This document shows, piece by piece, positions 10,566-22,367 of a stretch of DNA of 64,000 nt. Under the pieces are notes generated by a model. It had not been told where the DNA came from. It searched no databases and was given only the letters and a program-made list of their open reading frames with translations. Each line of letters begins with the position of its first letter. Positions within the stretch are counted from its first letter, which is position 1. A program made the translations under genes and the position numbers. This stretch comes from Prochlorococcus sp. HOT208_60m_813B04. Its GTDB lineage: Bacteria; Cyanobacteriota; Cyanobacteriia; PCC-6307; Cyanobiaceae. Where the stretch lies: positions 312 to 64,311 of the forward strand of contig MWOU01000110.1 of the NCBI GenBank assembly GCA_002025975.1. The letters run 5' to 3'.

Positions 10566-11336
10566 TTATTCATATGGTCTAATTGGAAGATTTTTTTCGA
10601 GAAGGAAAGTTTTTATTTCTTGTAGAGTAAGTTTCTTATCATGAAGTAATGATGCTAAAAGTGCGGCAGATGCCCTTCCTTCATTAAAAACATCATAGAT
10701 ATCTTCTAAACAACCTGCCCCTCCGGAAGCAATTACTGGGATATCAACAATATTTGCAACAGATTCTGTCAAATTTAAATCATATCCATTCTGTGTTCCA
10801 TCACCATCCATTGAAGTAAGCAATATTTCCCCTGCGCCTAACTCCTCAACTTTCTTTGCCCAACTTAATACATCTATACCAGTATTTTCTCTCCCTCCTT
10901 TCACATATACCTCCCATTCATCAGTCTTATCAACTTTTCTTCGAGCATCAATTGCTATAACGATGCATTGATTACCAAATTCTCTAGAACTTTCAGAAAT
11001 TAAATAGGGATTTCTTACGGCTGAGGAATTCAAACTCACTTTATCTGCTCCTGCTCTTAAAAGATCATTAATAGAAGAAACAGAATCTATACCTCCACCT
11101 ACTGTAAAAGGAATTTTTACTGATTTTGCTGTCCTAGAAACAAGGTCGACTAATGTATTCCTATTTTCCACGCTTGCTCTAATATCTAAAAATACCAATT
11201 CATCTGCGCCTTCATCAGAGTACCTACAAGCCAATTCAACAGGATCTCCTGAGTCTCTCAAGTTAACAAAATTTACACCTTTAACGACTCTGCCATAGGC
11301 GACATCTAAACAAGGAATTAAACGAAGAGCTACCAT
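10566..11336 (-). CDS. hisF: Imidazole glycerol phosphate synthase cyclase subunit
   Basis: [35 protein letters not shown]. Confidence 0.97.
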   Translation of the reverse strand: MVALRLIPCLDVAYGRVVKGVNFVNLRDSGDPVELACRYSDEGADELVFLDIRASVENRNTLVDLVSRTAKSVKIPFTVGGGIDSVSSINDLLRAGADKVSLNSSAVRNPYLISESSREFGNQCIVIAIDARRKVDKTDEWEVYVKGGRENTGIDVLSWAKKVEELGAGEILLTSMDGDGTQNGYDLNLTESVANIVDIPVIASGGAGCLEDIYDVFNEGRASAALLASLLHDKKLTLQEIKTFLLEKNLPIRPYE

Positions 11337-11395
11337 TTTAGTAAAAATTGTCCAAATGCTGTTAATCTTGCATAATAGCTTCCATTTTACCTCTT

Positions 11396-11620
11396 ATGGC
11401 TGAAACAAAATTATTACCCAAAATCGGTAGTAAAATCAAAATTAACATTAACAAAGTAAAAGATAGACTACCGGCTAAATTAATCGATCAAATATCCTCG
11501 AATCCTAAAGCCGTGATAACAGACTATAAAATGACAGACGGCAGAAGTATTGGAATCACCGCAAAATTTCAGAATGGAGAGCAAAATTGGTTTTTCCCAG
11601 AAGAAATTGAGAAAGGTTAA
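11396..11620 (+). CDS. petP: Cytochrome b6f subunit PetP family (DUF2862)
   Basis: DYKMTDGRSIG...WFFPEEI. Confidence 0.75.
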   Translation: MAETKLLPKIGSKIKININKVKDRLPAKLIDQISSNPKAVITDYKMTDGRSIGITAKFQNGEQNWFFPEEIEKG

Positions 11621-11628
11621 AGAGTAAA

Positions 11629-12576
11629 GTGAATGATCCAAAACAACTATTAGGAATTAAGGGTGCCTCTGAAACATCAAGTATATGGAAACTCCGTATA
11701 CAGTTAATGAAACCCATAACGTGGATACCTTTGATATGGGGAGTTATTTGTGGAGCAGCTGCAAGTGGGAATTTTGAATGGACATTTAGTAATGTTCTAG
11801 CTTCATTAGCATGTATGTTGATGAGTGGACCACTTCTGGCTGGTTATACCCAAACCATAAATGATTTTTTTGATAAAGAAATTGATGCAATTAATGAACC
11901 AAATAGACCAATTCCTTCTGGGAAAATTTCAATTAAAGATGTAAAAATACAAATCTGGGTATTACTTATAGCGGGTTTAATAGTAGCTTTTTTATTAGAT
12001 TTATATGCTAAGCATAGCTTCCCCTCCGTCTTACTCTTGGCATTAGGAGGTTCCTTTGTTAGTTATATATATTCTGCTCCACCACTCAAATTAAAACAGA
12101 ATGGTTGGCTTGGAAATTATGCATTAGGAGCATCTTATATAGCTTTACCTTGGTGGGCAGGACAAGCCTTGTTTGGGAAATTAACTATCGTGACGGCGAT
12201 ACTAACACTTGCTTATAGCCTTTCAGGACTTGGAATTGCTGTTATTAATGATTTCAAAAGTGTTGAAGGAGACTCAAAGTTAGGCTTAAATTCTCTACCA
12301 GTAGTATTTGGAATTAAAAATGCAAGTAGAATAAGTGCAGGACTGATTGATATTTTTCAATTAGCAATGGTTGTAGTATTAGTCATTATTGGTCAACATT
12401 TAGCCTCTGTAATTTTGGTTTTGTTGGTAATTCCTCAAATTACATTTCAAGATATGTGGTTACTAAGAGATCCTCTAAAGTTTGATGTCAAATATCAAGC
12501 AAGTGCCCAACCGTTCCTTATAACTGGAATGTTAGTTACAGCTTTAGCGATAGGACATAGTTTTTTAGTTGCTTAA
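11629..12576 (+). CDS. chlG: Chlorophyll synthase
   Basis: QLMKPITWIPLIWG, NDFFDKEIDAINEPNRPIPSG, DVKYQASAQPF. Confidence 0.96.
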   Translation: MNDPKQLLGIKGASETSSIWKLRIQLMKPITWIPLIWGVICGAAASGNFEWTFSNVLASLACMLMSGPLLAGYTQTINDFFDKEIDAINEPNRPIPSGKISIKDVKIQIWVLLIAGLIVAFLLDLYAKHSFPSVLLLALGGSFVSYIYSAPPLKLKQNGWLGNYALGASYIALPWWAGQALFGKLTIVTAILTLAYSLSGLGIAVINDFKSVEGDSKLGLNSLPVVFGIKNASRISAGLIDIFQLAMVVVLVIIGQHLASVILVLLVIPQITFQDMWLLRDPLKFDVKYQASAQPFLITGMLVTALAIGHSFLVA

Positions 12577-14347
12577 GGTGCAAAAGATTAAATTCAAATC
12601 TTTTGTTTTAATAATTCCAATATTAATTTTTTCTGGAATATCTTTTTATTTTTTTAGTCTAATATTTAGTACCTTAAAATTTGACGTATCTAAAAATAAA
12701 AAGTCTCGGCAAGCAAAATATTCCTATGTAATATCATCTTCTGATAATAAGATACTAAGCAAATTAAGCCGCAAATTTGAAATAGATAATAGCTATCATA
12801 AAATTCCATTTTTTCTTAAACATTCTTTTATATCTTCTGAGGATAAAAGATTTTATAAACATAATGGAATAGATTTAAAAAGTATTTCACGTGCCCTTAT
12901 TCAAAATATTAGAAGTGGTTATGTTAAAGAGGGAGGGAGTACAATCACACAACAAGTTGCTAGATTACTTTTTCTAAATAATGATTTAAGTTTTCAAAGA
13001 AAAATCAAAGAAATATTTATATCACTCATACTTGAATTCAAATATGACAAAAATCAAATTTTAAAATTATATTTAAATAATATTTATCTAGGATCAGGAG
13101 CATTCGGTGTAGACGAGGCTGCCCAAGTTTATTTTGGAAAATTTATAGAAGAATTGACATTATCAGAGATCGCATTAATTGCAGGATTAGCTCCAGCTCC
13201 ATCAATTTATTCACCTTATCAAAATTTAGAACTAGCTATTAAAAATAGAAATAAAATTCTTGAATCAATGTATGTTGATGGATATATTTCTCTTGCAAAT
13301 AAGAATAAGGCTATTAAAGAAAAAATAAAATTAAATTATCAAAAAGCTGATAATTTCTTAGATGATAAATTACTAATAAACTTTATTCTTCAGGAAACAG
13401 ATAAAAAAATTGGAAGTAAAAATGATTATAAGTTTTTAAGAATCAAATCTTCTATCAACAAAGATTGGCAAGAAAAAGGTCAAAAAATATCAAGATATGC
13501 AGGGCCTAAAGAACTTGAATTTAGTCTGTTATCTATCGAATCAAACACAGGGCTAATCAGGACAATGATAACAAGCAAAAATCCATCAATTAATGAATAC
13601 AATAGAGTGATTTCATCTGTAAGACCTTTAGGTTCTACTTTTAAAATAATCCCTTATGCTGCTTCATTAATAGAAGGAATAAAATTAAGCGATAAATTTG
13701 AAGACTTACCAATATGCTGGAAAAGTTATTGTCCAAAAAATTTTTCAGAAGAGTATAGAGGTTCAATATCTTTGATTGAATCATTTAAAAGTTCATCAAA
13801 TATCGTTCCAATATCAATAACAAAAAAAATCGGCTTAAAAAATATTATTAATTTAGCGAATTCATTTGGACTAGGTTACGAGCAAGAGTTTGAGGAATTC
13901 CCATCATTAGCTATTGGCGCCTACGGAGATAATCTTTTAAACATCACAAATGCATATTCTGCAATAAATAATAATGGGAAGATTCAAAGCCCTGAAATCA
14001 TAGAAAAAATAGAATCATTTAAAAAACAACCTATTTGGGAAAATAAATCTATTTCCAAGAAAATATTAGATTTAAAAATAAACAAGAAAATAAATAAACT
14101 TCTTGAAAAATCTGTAAAAGAAGGCACTTCTAAAGCAGCCTCTATAAAAGGAAAGAAAATTTATGGGAAAACAGGAACATCTGATGGAAATAAAGATCTC
14201 TGGTTTATTGGTTCCATTGATAACCTTACAACAGGGATCTGGATAGGTTACGACGATAACAAGGAATCTGAATTATCTAGTGGGAATGCAGCTTATTTAT
14301 GGAAGAAGTTCATATCTGAAATTTATAAAATTCCAATTAAAAAATAA
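12569..14347 (+). CDS. Class A penicillin-binding protein
   Basis: EDKRFYKHNG, GGSTITQQ, RKIKE, GSTFK, KTGT. Confidence 0.9.
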   Translation: MLKVQKIKFKSFVLIIPILIFSGISFYFFSLIFSTLKFDVSKNKKSRQAKYSYVISSSDNKILSKLSRKFEIDNSYHKIPFFLKHSFISSEDKRFYKHNGIDLKSISRALIQNIRSGYVKEGGSTITQQVARLLFLNNDLSFQRKIKEIFISLILEFKYDKNQILKLYLNNIYLGSGAFGVDEAAQVYFGKFIEELTLSEIALIAGLAPAPSIYSPYQNLELAIKNRNKILESMYVDGYISLANKNKAIKEKIKLNYQKADNFLDDKLLINFILQETDKKIGSKNDYKFLRIKSSINKDWQEKGQKISRYAGPKELEFSLLSIESNTGLIRTMITSKNPSINEYNRVISSVRPLGSTFKIIPYAASLIEGIKLSDKFEDLPICWKSYCPKNFSEEYRGSISLIESFKSSSNIVPISITKKIGLKNIINLANSFGLGYEQEFEEFPSLAIGAYGDNLLNITNAYSAINNNGKIQSPEIIEKIESFKKQPIWENKSISKKILDLKINKKINKLLEKSVKEGTSKAASIKGKKIYGKTGTSDGNKDLWFIGSIDNLTTGIWIGYDDNKESELSSGNAAYLWKKFISEIYKIPIKK

Positions 14348-14356
14348 ATTATATTT

Positions 14357-15674
14357 TTAAGATTTATAAGAAATTATTGCAGAATAAAATCCATCACCAG
14401 AATAATCCAAGCTAGGTAAAATTTGCTTTTGGCTAACCAATTTTAGAGTTTTGTTTTTTTCAATAAATCGGTCAATTAATAGATTATTTTCATCAGGACA
14501 AATAGTACAAGTTGAATAAACTAAAGTGCCATCTTTTTTCAAAAGAGGGAAAATACTCTCCAAAAGTTTTTCCTGTAATAAAGTTAAAGATTTTATTTTT
14601 TCTTTACTTAAAGACCATCTAGAATCTGGATTTCTGGTAAGAGTTCCAATGCCTGAACATGGAGCATCTAATAAAATTTTATCAAAATAAGATATAAACT
14701 TAGGATTTAATTCAATCAAACTCGTAGCATCAGCCTTAAGGGTATTAACAGATTTCAAATTTAACCTTTCTAAATTTGATTGCAGTATTTTCAATCTTTT
14801 TGCTGATCTATCTACAGCAATGATTTCAGCACTATCATTTGTCAATTCTGCAAGGTGGGTAGACTTACTTCCTGGCGCTGCACAAGCATCTAAAATCTTT
14901 TCACCTTCTTTTGGATTTAAGAGAGGTGCTATCCACTGAGAAGATCTATCTTGAATTGTCCAAAGTCCATCACTATATCCTGGTAAATTTTTTATAGATC
15001 TTGGATTAGATTTTAAAGTAATTCCATTATGTAAATCATTAATAATTTCAGCATCAATATTATTTTCATGAAGTACTTTCAAAAAGTTATCTAAATTAGT
15101 TTTTAATTGGTTAATTCTCAAATCAATTGATGGTTTTTTATTAAATGCCTTAATGATATTTTCACCCTCAATATTACCGACCCATTTATAAAGATCCTTC
15201 ACAAGCCACAATGGAAATGATTCAAGATATGAAATTCTTTCTTTTCTATCGGAAGATAATTCCGGAAAGATTTTTTGTTCTAATTTTCTTGATGCATTTC
15301 TCAATATCGCATTTACAGTTCCCGCTAAACCATTCAAATCTGTTTTTTTTAGCTACTTCTACAGTGGTAGAAATAGCAGCAGGAAATGGGATTTTATCCA
15401 TTTTCAACAGTTGATACAAACCTATATGTAGAAGCCATCTTAACTTTGGAGGCTGCTTTTTATGAGTAATTTTTGATGTATGATCCGTCCAAAGATCAAG
15501 AAATTTTCTATACCTTATGCATCCAAAAGATAATTCAGTAATAAAAGCTATATCAAGAGGATTAAATTGATAATTTTTTAAAACCTTTTCAAGAGCATGA
15601 TCAGAAAAGTCACCAGAACTAACTTTTAATAAAATCTCCCAAGCTGCCTTTCTTTGTAAATATCCTATGCTCAA
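14357..15674 (-). pseudogene. rsmB: 16S rRNA m5C967 methyltransferase RsmB/Sun, split by an extra base in an A8 tract
   Basis: NusB-like N-terminus (15246-15674) and MTase domain (DACAAPGSKS, LDAPCSG, YSTCT) are in different frames; T8 run at 15343-15350. Confidence 0.85.
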
Positions 15675-15725
15675 AATATAATTAATTTTTTAAAGATAAC
15701 TTTAATATACAAAAAATTCAAAAAT

Positions 15726-15869
15726 TTAAACTACTTTTTCAATTGCAGAATTAAACCAAATAAAACCTAAGATAGAAATAAGTGAAAGATTAAATCCTAA
15801 AAAAAGAAAGATATTTAAAGAATGGATTCTTTCACGAAAAAATATTTTTTTCTCTTTTTGATACTTCAT
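15726..15869 (-). CDS. 47-aa small membrane protein
   Basis: Manual translation MKYQKEKKIFFRERIHSLNIFLFLGFNLSLISILGFIWFNSAIEKVV*. Confidence 0.45.
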   Translation of the reverse strand: MKYQKEKKIFFRERIHSLNIFLFLGFNLSLISILGFIWFNSAIEKVV

Positions 15870-15888
15870 TATTAAAATAAAAACTTAT

Positions 15889-16068
15889 TCAGGATTTCAA
15901 ACGGCAACCAATATTAATGGATCCTGCATCAAGCATTCTGCCTAATTTAATTGCTGTAGATTCCTCCAATCTAGAAAAATTAGATTGATGGGTAGTTATC
16001 CAATCTAATTCAGAAAAAGTGATAATTCCCGTCGAATTACTTTTTAAAAAAAGTGTTCCAATTTCCAT
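15889..16068 (-). CDS. 59-aa small protein resembling a conserved picocyanobacterial family
   Basis: Manual translation MEIGTLFLKSNSTGIITFSELDWITTHQSNFSRLEESTAIKLGRMLDAGSINIGCRLKS*. Confidence 0.65.
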   Translation of the reverse strand: MEIGTLFLKSNSTGIITFSELDWITTHQSNFSRLEESTAIKLGRMLDAGSINIGCRLKS

Positions 16069-16174
16069 TAGATAAATCTAATTTTTTCTAAGTTAACATT
16101 CTTACTTAATATTTCTTCGTAACATAATATTCTTTTAATTTTTCAAATACAATTTTAGGTTTTTACTCTTAATT

Positions 16175-17665
16175 TTATTGAATATCTCTTAAAAATTTGT
16201 CGGCCGTTTTTAAGTGATTATTTAATTTTTCCTCTGACATTTTATCGAGATTTCTCGTTAACATTGCCAGACGATATTGCTTTCTAAAAAAGGTTTCATT
16301 ATCTTTAATAAATTTCCAAAATAAGCCATCCCATATTTCACACCATGGGCCACTTTTAAAATTAGACATTTTTTTTACATAATTAGAGCTTGATATGTAT
16401 GGCTTTGTTGAAAAGATACCACCATCACTAAACTGGCTCATTCCGTAAACATTTGGAACCATAACCCAATCATAGGAATCAATAAACATTTCCATAAACC
16501 ATTTATAAACTTGGTTGGGATGAATTCTACATAGAAGCATAAAGTTGCCAACAATCATTAGCCGCTCAATATGATGACAATAACCAAATTTAATAATATT
16601 TTTTATAACAACGTCTACTGGTTCAATTCCTGTATTTCCTTGATAAAAAGATTTTGGAATTGGCTTATCTTCAAAATTCCAAAAATTACTATTTCGCATC
16701 TTTGTTCCATACTTTTTATAGACGAGGCAAATAAATTCTCTCCATCCAATAATTTGACGAACAAAACCCTCTAAAGAGTTAAAAGGAACATTATTATTTT
16801 TTGCAAAAAGTAATGCTTTATTTACTACTACATCTGGGGTTAATAAGCCGCTATTTAAAAGAGGAGAAAGTAAACTGTGCCATAAAAAAGAATTTTCTTT
16901 AGAAATAGCATCCTCATAATCTCCAAATAAGAAAAATCTTTGTTTAAAAAAATCATTTAACCATTCATCTGCCTCTTCAAAATTAGTTGGATATAAAAAG
17001 TTATTACTTTCTCCAATAAACTCAATATCAAAACTGACAAATGACCTTTCTGCATTAACTACAAATTTATTTTTTTGTAATTTAGGTGTATCAGGTATAT
17101 TTATTTTTTTTGGTAATTTTTTTCGGTTCATTTCATCGAAACTCCATTTACCACCTACAGGTGTATCATCAGGATTAACTAATATCTTTCGGCTCTTTCT
17201 TTGATTCTCATAAAATCTACCCATAAGAGGTTTTTTTGTATTTGATGCAAATAAATCTTTTAAATCTTCACTGCTCATAAACATAGGAGAAGGCAAAATA
17301 TTTAAAGCTAAATTATTACTTTCAACAAAATTATTAATCCTCTTCATTATTAAAAAATCATGAGGGTCTATGAGATTTATTTTCTGATATTTATTTTTAA
17401 TAAATTCCGTTAAATAATCAACTGTAGAGAAATTATTCTTGTTTTCGATATATAAAACTTTAAAGCCAGATATTTCTAAATAATTTTTATAAGCGAGCAT
17501 AGATGCTCTATGAAAAACTAACTTATTTTTATGGTTAATTAATTTATGAAATTTATCATTTCCAAAAAATAATGAGTCTTCCAAAATTAAAACTTCACAA
17601 TTTATTTTTAAGATTGGGCTTTCTCTAAAAAGTTGATTCGGGAAAATAATTGATACTTGTTTCAT
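16175..17665 (-). CDS. Bacterial (6-4) photolyase family (PhrB/FeS-BCP-like), lacking Fe-S cysteines
   Basis: [73 protein letters not shown]. Confidence 0.88.
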   Translation of the reverse strand: MKQVSIIFPNQLFRESPILKINCEVLILEDSLFFGNDKFHKLINHKNKLVFHRASMLAYKNYLEISGFKVLYIENKNNFSTVDYLTEFIKNKYQKINLIDPHDFLIMKRINNFVESNNLALNILPSPMFMSSEDLKDLFASNTKKPLMGRFYENQRKSRKILVNPDDTPVGGKWSFDEMNRKKLPKKINIPDTPKLQKNKFVVNAERSFVSFDIEFIGESNNFLYPTNFEEADEWLNDFFKQRFFLFGDYEDAISKENSFLWHSLLSPLLNSGLLTPDVVVNKALLFAKNNNVPFNSLEGFVRQIIGWREFICLVYKKYGTKMRNSNFWNFEDKPIPKSFYQGNTGIEPVDVVIKNIIKFGYCHHIERLMIVGNFMLLCRIHPNQVYKWFMEMFIDSYDWVMVPNVYGMSQFSDGGIFSTKPYISSSNYVKKMSNFKSGPWCEIWDGLFWKFIKDNETFFRKQYRLAMLTRNLDKMSEEKLNNHLKTADKFLRDIQ

Positions 17666-17793
17666 CTTTGCGACTTTCTGTTACTGCATCTTTTTGAACA
17701 GTAGATAACATCATCCCAACAGTTTTTCCATTTTTTACGCCACTCAAACGGCCTATTGCAAACAGGACAAGTTTTAGTAGAAAGATTTTTCAA
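17662..17793 (-). CDS. DUF2256 family small Cys-rich protein
   Basis: TTG start; [30 protein letters not shown]; stop overlaps the photolyase start (ATGA). Confidence 0.8.
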   Translation of the reverse strand: MKNLSTKTCPVCNRPFEWRKKWKNCWDDVIYCSKRCSNRKSQR

Positions 17794-17796
17794 AAT

Positions 17797-18033
17797 TTAT
17801 AATTTCCTTTTATGAGTAGATTTAAATCTAGTTGAATCTTTAAGGCCCATATGTTTTGTATTTCTTCCCGAAACTCTCTTTCTCCAGACTTTGAAAGATT
17901 TGGGTTTAAGATTTTGACGCATAATTTTTATCGCATCTTCCTCTTTTAAACCAAATTGATACTTGATAGCTTCGAAGGGTGTTCTATCTTCCCAACACAT
18001 TTCTATTATTCTGTCTATATCGATACTTTCCAT
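17797..18033 (-). CDS. TIGR03643/DUF2805 family protein
   Basis: DRIIEMCWEDRTPFEAI..QFGL.E...SFKVWRKRVSGR.TKH. Confidence 0.85.
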   Translation of the reverse strand: MESIDIDRIIEMCWEDRTPFEAIKYQFGLKEEDAIKIMRQNLKPKSFKVWRKRVSGRNTKHMGLKDSTRFKSTHKRKL

Positions 18034-18035
18034 AT

Positions 18036-18440
18036 TTATTGTTCACATTGTGAGGAACAAAGCTTTTCAATATCGGATCTACCTGTAATTTGAAGTCTAT
18101 ATTTTGCCCAATATCTGTAAACCAATCTCAATAATGGAGAAAAGAGCTTAATCTTCAAGGGATAGTAAACCCAACCTAAACCAACTAATTCATAAGAATA
18201 TGCAAGTACATCTAGTCCCCTAATAATTTCACCATTTTCAATAATCCCATGTAGGTTTGACATAGCTTGGTTATATGAGATGTCATTAAAAAGACTTTGA
18301 TCATAATCCTTACTATTAATATCTACAAATGCAATTTGATTTAAGGTATCTCTTTTTTTAAGAAAATTTGTTTCTCTCAAGCAAAGTGGACAGCCACCAT
18401 CGAATAAAAAGGTTAATTTATTTTTCATATTTTTACTCAA
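18036..18440 (-). CDS. DCC1-like thiol-disulfide oxidoreductase (DUF393)
   Basis: FDGGCPLC motif. Confidence 0.82.
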   Translation of the reverse strand: MSKNMKNKLTFLFDGGCPLCLRETNFLKKRDTLNQIAFVDINSKDYDQSLFNDISYNQAMSNLHGIIENGEIIRGLDVLAYSYELVGLGWVYYPLKIKLFSPLLRLVYRYWAKYRLQITGRSDIEKLCSSQCEQ

Positions 18441-18605
18441 ATATAGAAATTAAATAACTTTTTTGTGGAATAAAAAATTTTTTTTAGAGTACAAGCTTTA
18501 TAAAGCCTTAATAATTGCCAGTTCTAATTTAGTGAAATTACATTATCTTATTAATTAATAAGCCATTGACAAAGGGATACATCAATGGTTTAAAACTATT
18601 CATGA

Positions 18606-18809
18606 TCAGTCATCTAGAAGATGAAGTCCTTCTCCTACGTCAGGAATAAATTTACAATATTTTTCAAAAATAAGTCCAACACCTCTCATTTTTTCTCCTA
18701 ATTCATCGTTAAATTTATTCCATTCTTCCGATTCACGATCAGGTAAATCCCACCCTTGTTTTTCTACCATACTGGTTATTACTGTATAGTCCCATTCTAT
18801 GTATGCCAT
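18606..18809 (-). CDS. Hypothetical protein
   Basis: ATG-start ORF with protein-like composition in an intergenic gap. Confidence 0.5.
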   Translation of the reverse strand: MAYIEWDYTVITSMVEKQGWDLPDRESEEWNKFNDELGEKMRGVGLIFEKYCKFIPDVGEGLHLLDD

Positions 18810-18904
18810 TGAGTTAACTTAAACTACCAAAATATTATAAACCAAGAGATTTAATAGGTAATCAATATTTTTTGAATATAATTTAAAAGTGTGAAAAATT
18901 ATAA

Positions 18905-19576
18905 ATGTCAATTTTGCCAAGAAGATTTGAACGAATCAAAAGTGTTTTAGATTGCAGAATGAAAAACTTGACTATTTTAGTTGAGGATGTCAATAAACCA
19001 CATAATTTATCTGCAATATTAAGGACATGTGATGCAGCAGGAGTTTTCGAAGCAAATTTTATTAGCAAAACGAATGCCGTTAAGACTTTTAATAGTACTG
19101 CTCAAGGAAGTCAAAAATGGGTAAAACTGAATAATCATGAAAACACTATCAGGGCAATATCTGATTTAAAGAAAAAGGGTTTTAAATTATATGGAACGAC
19201 TCTTAATAGTGAATCAGTAGATTATAGAAATTTTGATTATTCTCAAAATACATGTTTTGTTTTAGGAGCAGAAAAATGGGGACTAAGTAATGAACTTATA
19301 TCAATGGTTGATCAATCAATTTTTATACCTATGAGAGGTATGGTTCAATCTCTGAATGTTTCAGTTGCTGCTTCTATATTATTATTTGAAGCTGTTCGCC
19401 AAAGGAAAAATAAAGGTATATTGCCCGCTAATGGAGAAGGGTTAAATATGGATGACTATCAAAAAACACTTTTTGAATGGTGTTACCCAGAATTAGCTGC
19501 GGTGTATAAAAAATCAGCTAAAGAATATCCAAAGTTGAATGATCAAGGAGAACTTGATCCTATTACAGATAACTAA
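18905..19576 (+). CDS. trmH: tRNA (Gm18) 2'-O-methyltransferase
   Basis: KPHNLSAILRTCDAAG, GAEKWG, IPMRGMVQSLNVSVA. Confidence 0.92.
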   Translation: MSILPRRFERIKSVLDCRMKNLTILVEDVNKPHNLSAILRTCDAAGVFEANFISKTNAVKTFNSTAQGSQKWVKLNNHENTIRAISDLKKKGFKLYGTTLNSESVDYRNFDYSQNTCFVLGAEKWGLSNELISMVDQSIFIPMRGMVQSLNVSVAASILLFEAVRQRKNKGILPANGEGLNMDDYQKTLFEWCYPELAAVYKKSAKEYPKLNDQGELDPITDN

Positions 19577-19578
19577 AT

Positions 19579-20424
19579 TTATTCAGAATTTTGACTATCA
19601 AAAATTTCTTCAAGGTCCTCTCCTATAAAAGAAAGACCTAAAACTAAAAAAAACATTGCCAAACCTGGGAACAAAGCCGTCCACCAGATACCTGTAGGTA
19701 AAGCGGCAAGAGCCAGATTTAAATCACTTCCCCACTCTGGGACATCTGCAGGAACGCCAAGGCCTAAAAATCCTAAACTGCCTAATACCAAGACAGCATC
19801 TGCAGCATTTAGGGTAAGCAGAATAGGCAATGGTGTTATTACATTTGGGAGAATATATTTAAAAATAATTTTTCTGACATCTGCCCCTGCAACTTGAGCT
19901 GCCTCCACATAAGTTTCGGATTTAACCAATATTGTCTGATTTCTGATTAATCTAAAATATTGAGGAGAGTAAACAATGCACAATGCCAAAGCCGCGTTAA
20001 GGATACCCTTACCCAATACAAAAGCCACAACAACTGAAAGCAAAATTACAGGTATTGAAAAAATAGTATCCATTATTAGTGATAAGCATTTATCAAAAAA
20101 ACCACCAAAATATCCACTTAATAATCCCAATGGCAAACCCAAACTTAATGAAAAAAGAATAGCTAAGAATACAACTTCTATCGCTAATGATGATCCTTGC
20201 AAAGTTCTTAAGCAAACATCTCTTCCTAATCTATCTGTGCCACAAAAATGATTAAGAGAAGGAGGGGCAAAGATATCATTGCTTAACATTGAAAATGAAT
20301 ACCCAAAAAAATTATTGGCCTCTAAAAATTTCATTATTAAAACAACAAGAAGATAAAAAAGTACAATTAAAAATCCAGCTTTTCTGATATTTGCGCCGAC
20401 ACGATTAAATGAGTTAATATCCAA
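19579..20424 (-). CDS. Oligopeptide ABC transporter permease (DppC/OppC-like)
   Basis: GTDRLGRD, YVEAA..GA, LGFLGLG...PEWG. Confidence 0.9.
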   Translation of the reverse strand: MDINSFNRVGANIRKAGFLIVLFYLLVVLIMKFLEANNFFGYSFSMLSNDIFAPPSLNHFCGTDRLGRDVCLRTLQGSSLAIEVVFLAILFSLSLGLPLGLLSGYFGGFFDKCLSLIMDTIFSIPVILLSVVVAFVLGKGILNAALALCIVYSPQYFRLIRNQTILVKSETYVEAAQVAGADVRKIIFKYILPNVITPLPILLTLNAADAVLVLGSLGFLGLGVPADVPEWGSDLNLALAALPTGIWWTALFPGLAMFFLVLGLSFIGEDLEEIFDSQNSE

Positions 20425-20503
20425 AATCTTTTTTTAAAGATATAAATGAAATATACCCAATTCTTTTAAAAATAAATAGCTATAAATTTTAAATTAAAAG
20501 AAA

Positions 20504-22312
20504 TTACTGGTTTAATTTCAAGACTGCCATAAAAGCTTCTTGAGGGACTTCAACTTTACCCATTGCCTTCATCCTCTTTTTACCTTTGGCTTGTTTCTTT
20601 AAAAGTTTCTTTTTCCTAGAAATATCTCCTCCATAACATTTAGATAAAACATCTTTTCGCAAAGCACTTATGCTTTCACTTGCAATAATCCTGCTACCGA
20701 TAGATGCTTGAATAGGTATTTTAAATTGTTGTTTTGGAATAAGTTCTTTTAATTTCTCAACTAAACTTCTGCCAATTCCATAAGCCTTATCTTTATGAAC
20801 AATAGAAGTTAATGGATCTGCTCTTTCTGAATTTATTAGAACATCTAATCTAACAAGATCATTTTTTCTATAGCCAATCAAATGATATTCCATTGATGCA
20901 TAACCTTGGGTTCTACTTTTCATTTGATCAAAGAAATCTGTAACAACTTCTGCTAATGGAATTTCATAAATCAAGGTAACTCGATCTGTTGTTATGTATT
21001 TCATATCAATAAATACTCCCCTTCTTTCCTGACATAAACCCATTAATGTTCCATTAAATTCATTGGGAGCATAAATTTCCATTTTCACATAAGGCTCTTC
21101 TATTGATTCTCTAAGTTGTGGATCAGGGATTGTAGAAGGATTATCAATAAAGATATGTTCCTGCTGATTTAAATTAACTTTATAAATAACTGATGGTGCC
21201 GTTACGATTAGATCCAAGTCATATTCTCTTTCTAATCTTTCTTGAACAATCTCCATATGAAGAAGTCCTAGGAATCCGCATCTAAATCCAAAGCCCATTG
21301 CGCTACTGGTTTCGGGCTCATATTTTAAAGCTGCATCAGATAATTGTAATTTTTCGAGTGATACTCTTAAATCTGGGAATTGATCAGCATCAGTCGGGAA
21401 TAAGCCACAAAAAACCATAGGATTTGCTGTCTTATATCCAGGCAAAGGATCATTGGCAGGTGAATTTAAAAGAGTAATCGTATCTCCCACTCTCGCATCA
21501 GCAACTGATTTTATAGAAGCAGCTAAATAACCAACTTCTCCTGCATGTAATTCATCAACTTGCTGCTGATCAGGGGCCATTATTCCTATCTCATCTAGTT
21601 CATAATTTTTCTTACTTGCCATTAATAATATTTTTTCTCTCTTATTTAGAGACCCAGATATGACCCTGAAATAAACAATAACTCCTCTGTACGGATCATA
21701 ATAAGAATCAAAAATCAGTGCCTTTGTAGGTAGTTTAATTTCATCTTGAGGAGGAGGTACTCTCCTTACGATTGCTTCCAAAATATCTTTAATACCAACT
21801 CCAGTTTTTGCTGAACAATTTATTGCATTAGATGTATCAAGGCCAATAATTTCCTCTATTTCTTGTTTTATTTTTTCAGCATCAGCCCCTGGTAAATCAA
21901 CTTTATTTAAAACAGGAATTATTTCAAGATTATTTTCTAAGGCAAGATAAACATTAGCTAAGGTTTGAGCTTCTACTCCTTGACTTGCATCAACAACGAG
22001 TAAGGCGCCTTCACAAGCTTGAAGAGATCTACTAACCTCATAAGAGAAATCAACATGCCCTGGAGTATCTATTAAGTTCAAAACATATTCTTGGGAATCG
22101 TCAGCTTTATATTTCATCCTAGCGGCCTGTAACTTAATAGTAATTCCTCTCTCTCTTTCAAGATCCATACTGTCCAAAAATTGTTCTTGCATATCCCTTT
22201 GCTGCACAGTACCAGTATCTTGAAGCAACCTATCTGCAAGGGTAGATTTACCATGGTCAATATGAGCGATTATGCAGAAATTTCTAATTTTTGAAACCGA
22301 TATATCAGTCAT
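20504..22312 (-). CDS. lepA: Elongation factor 4
   Basis: [35 protein letters not shown]. Confidence 0.98.
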
Positions 22313-22367
22313 ATGGAAAGAAAAATTCTCCTCTTGTTACATCTTGATTAATATTAACTAATTAGAA

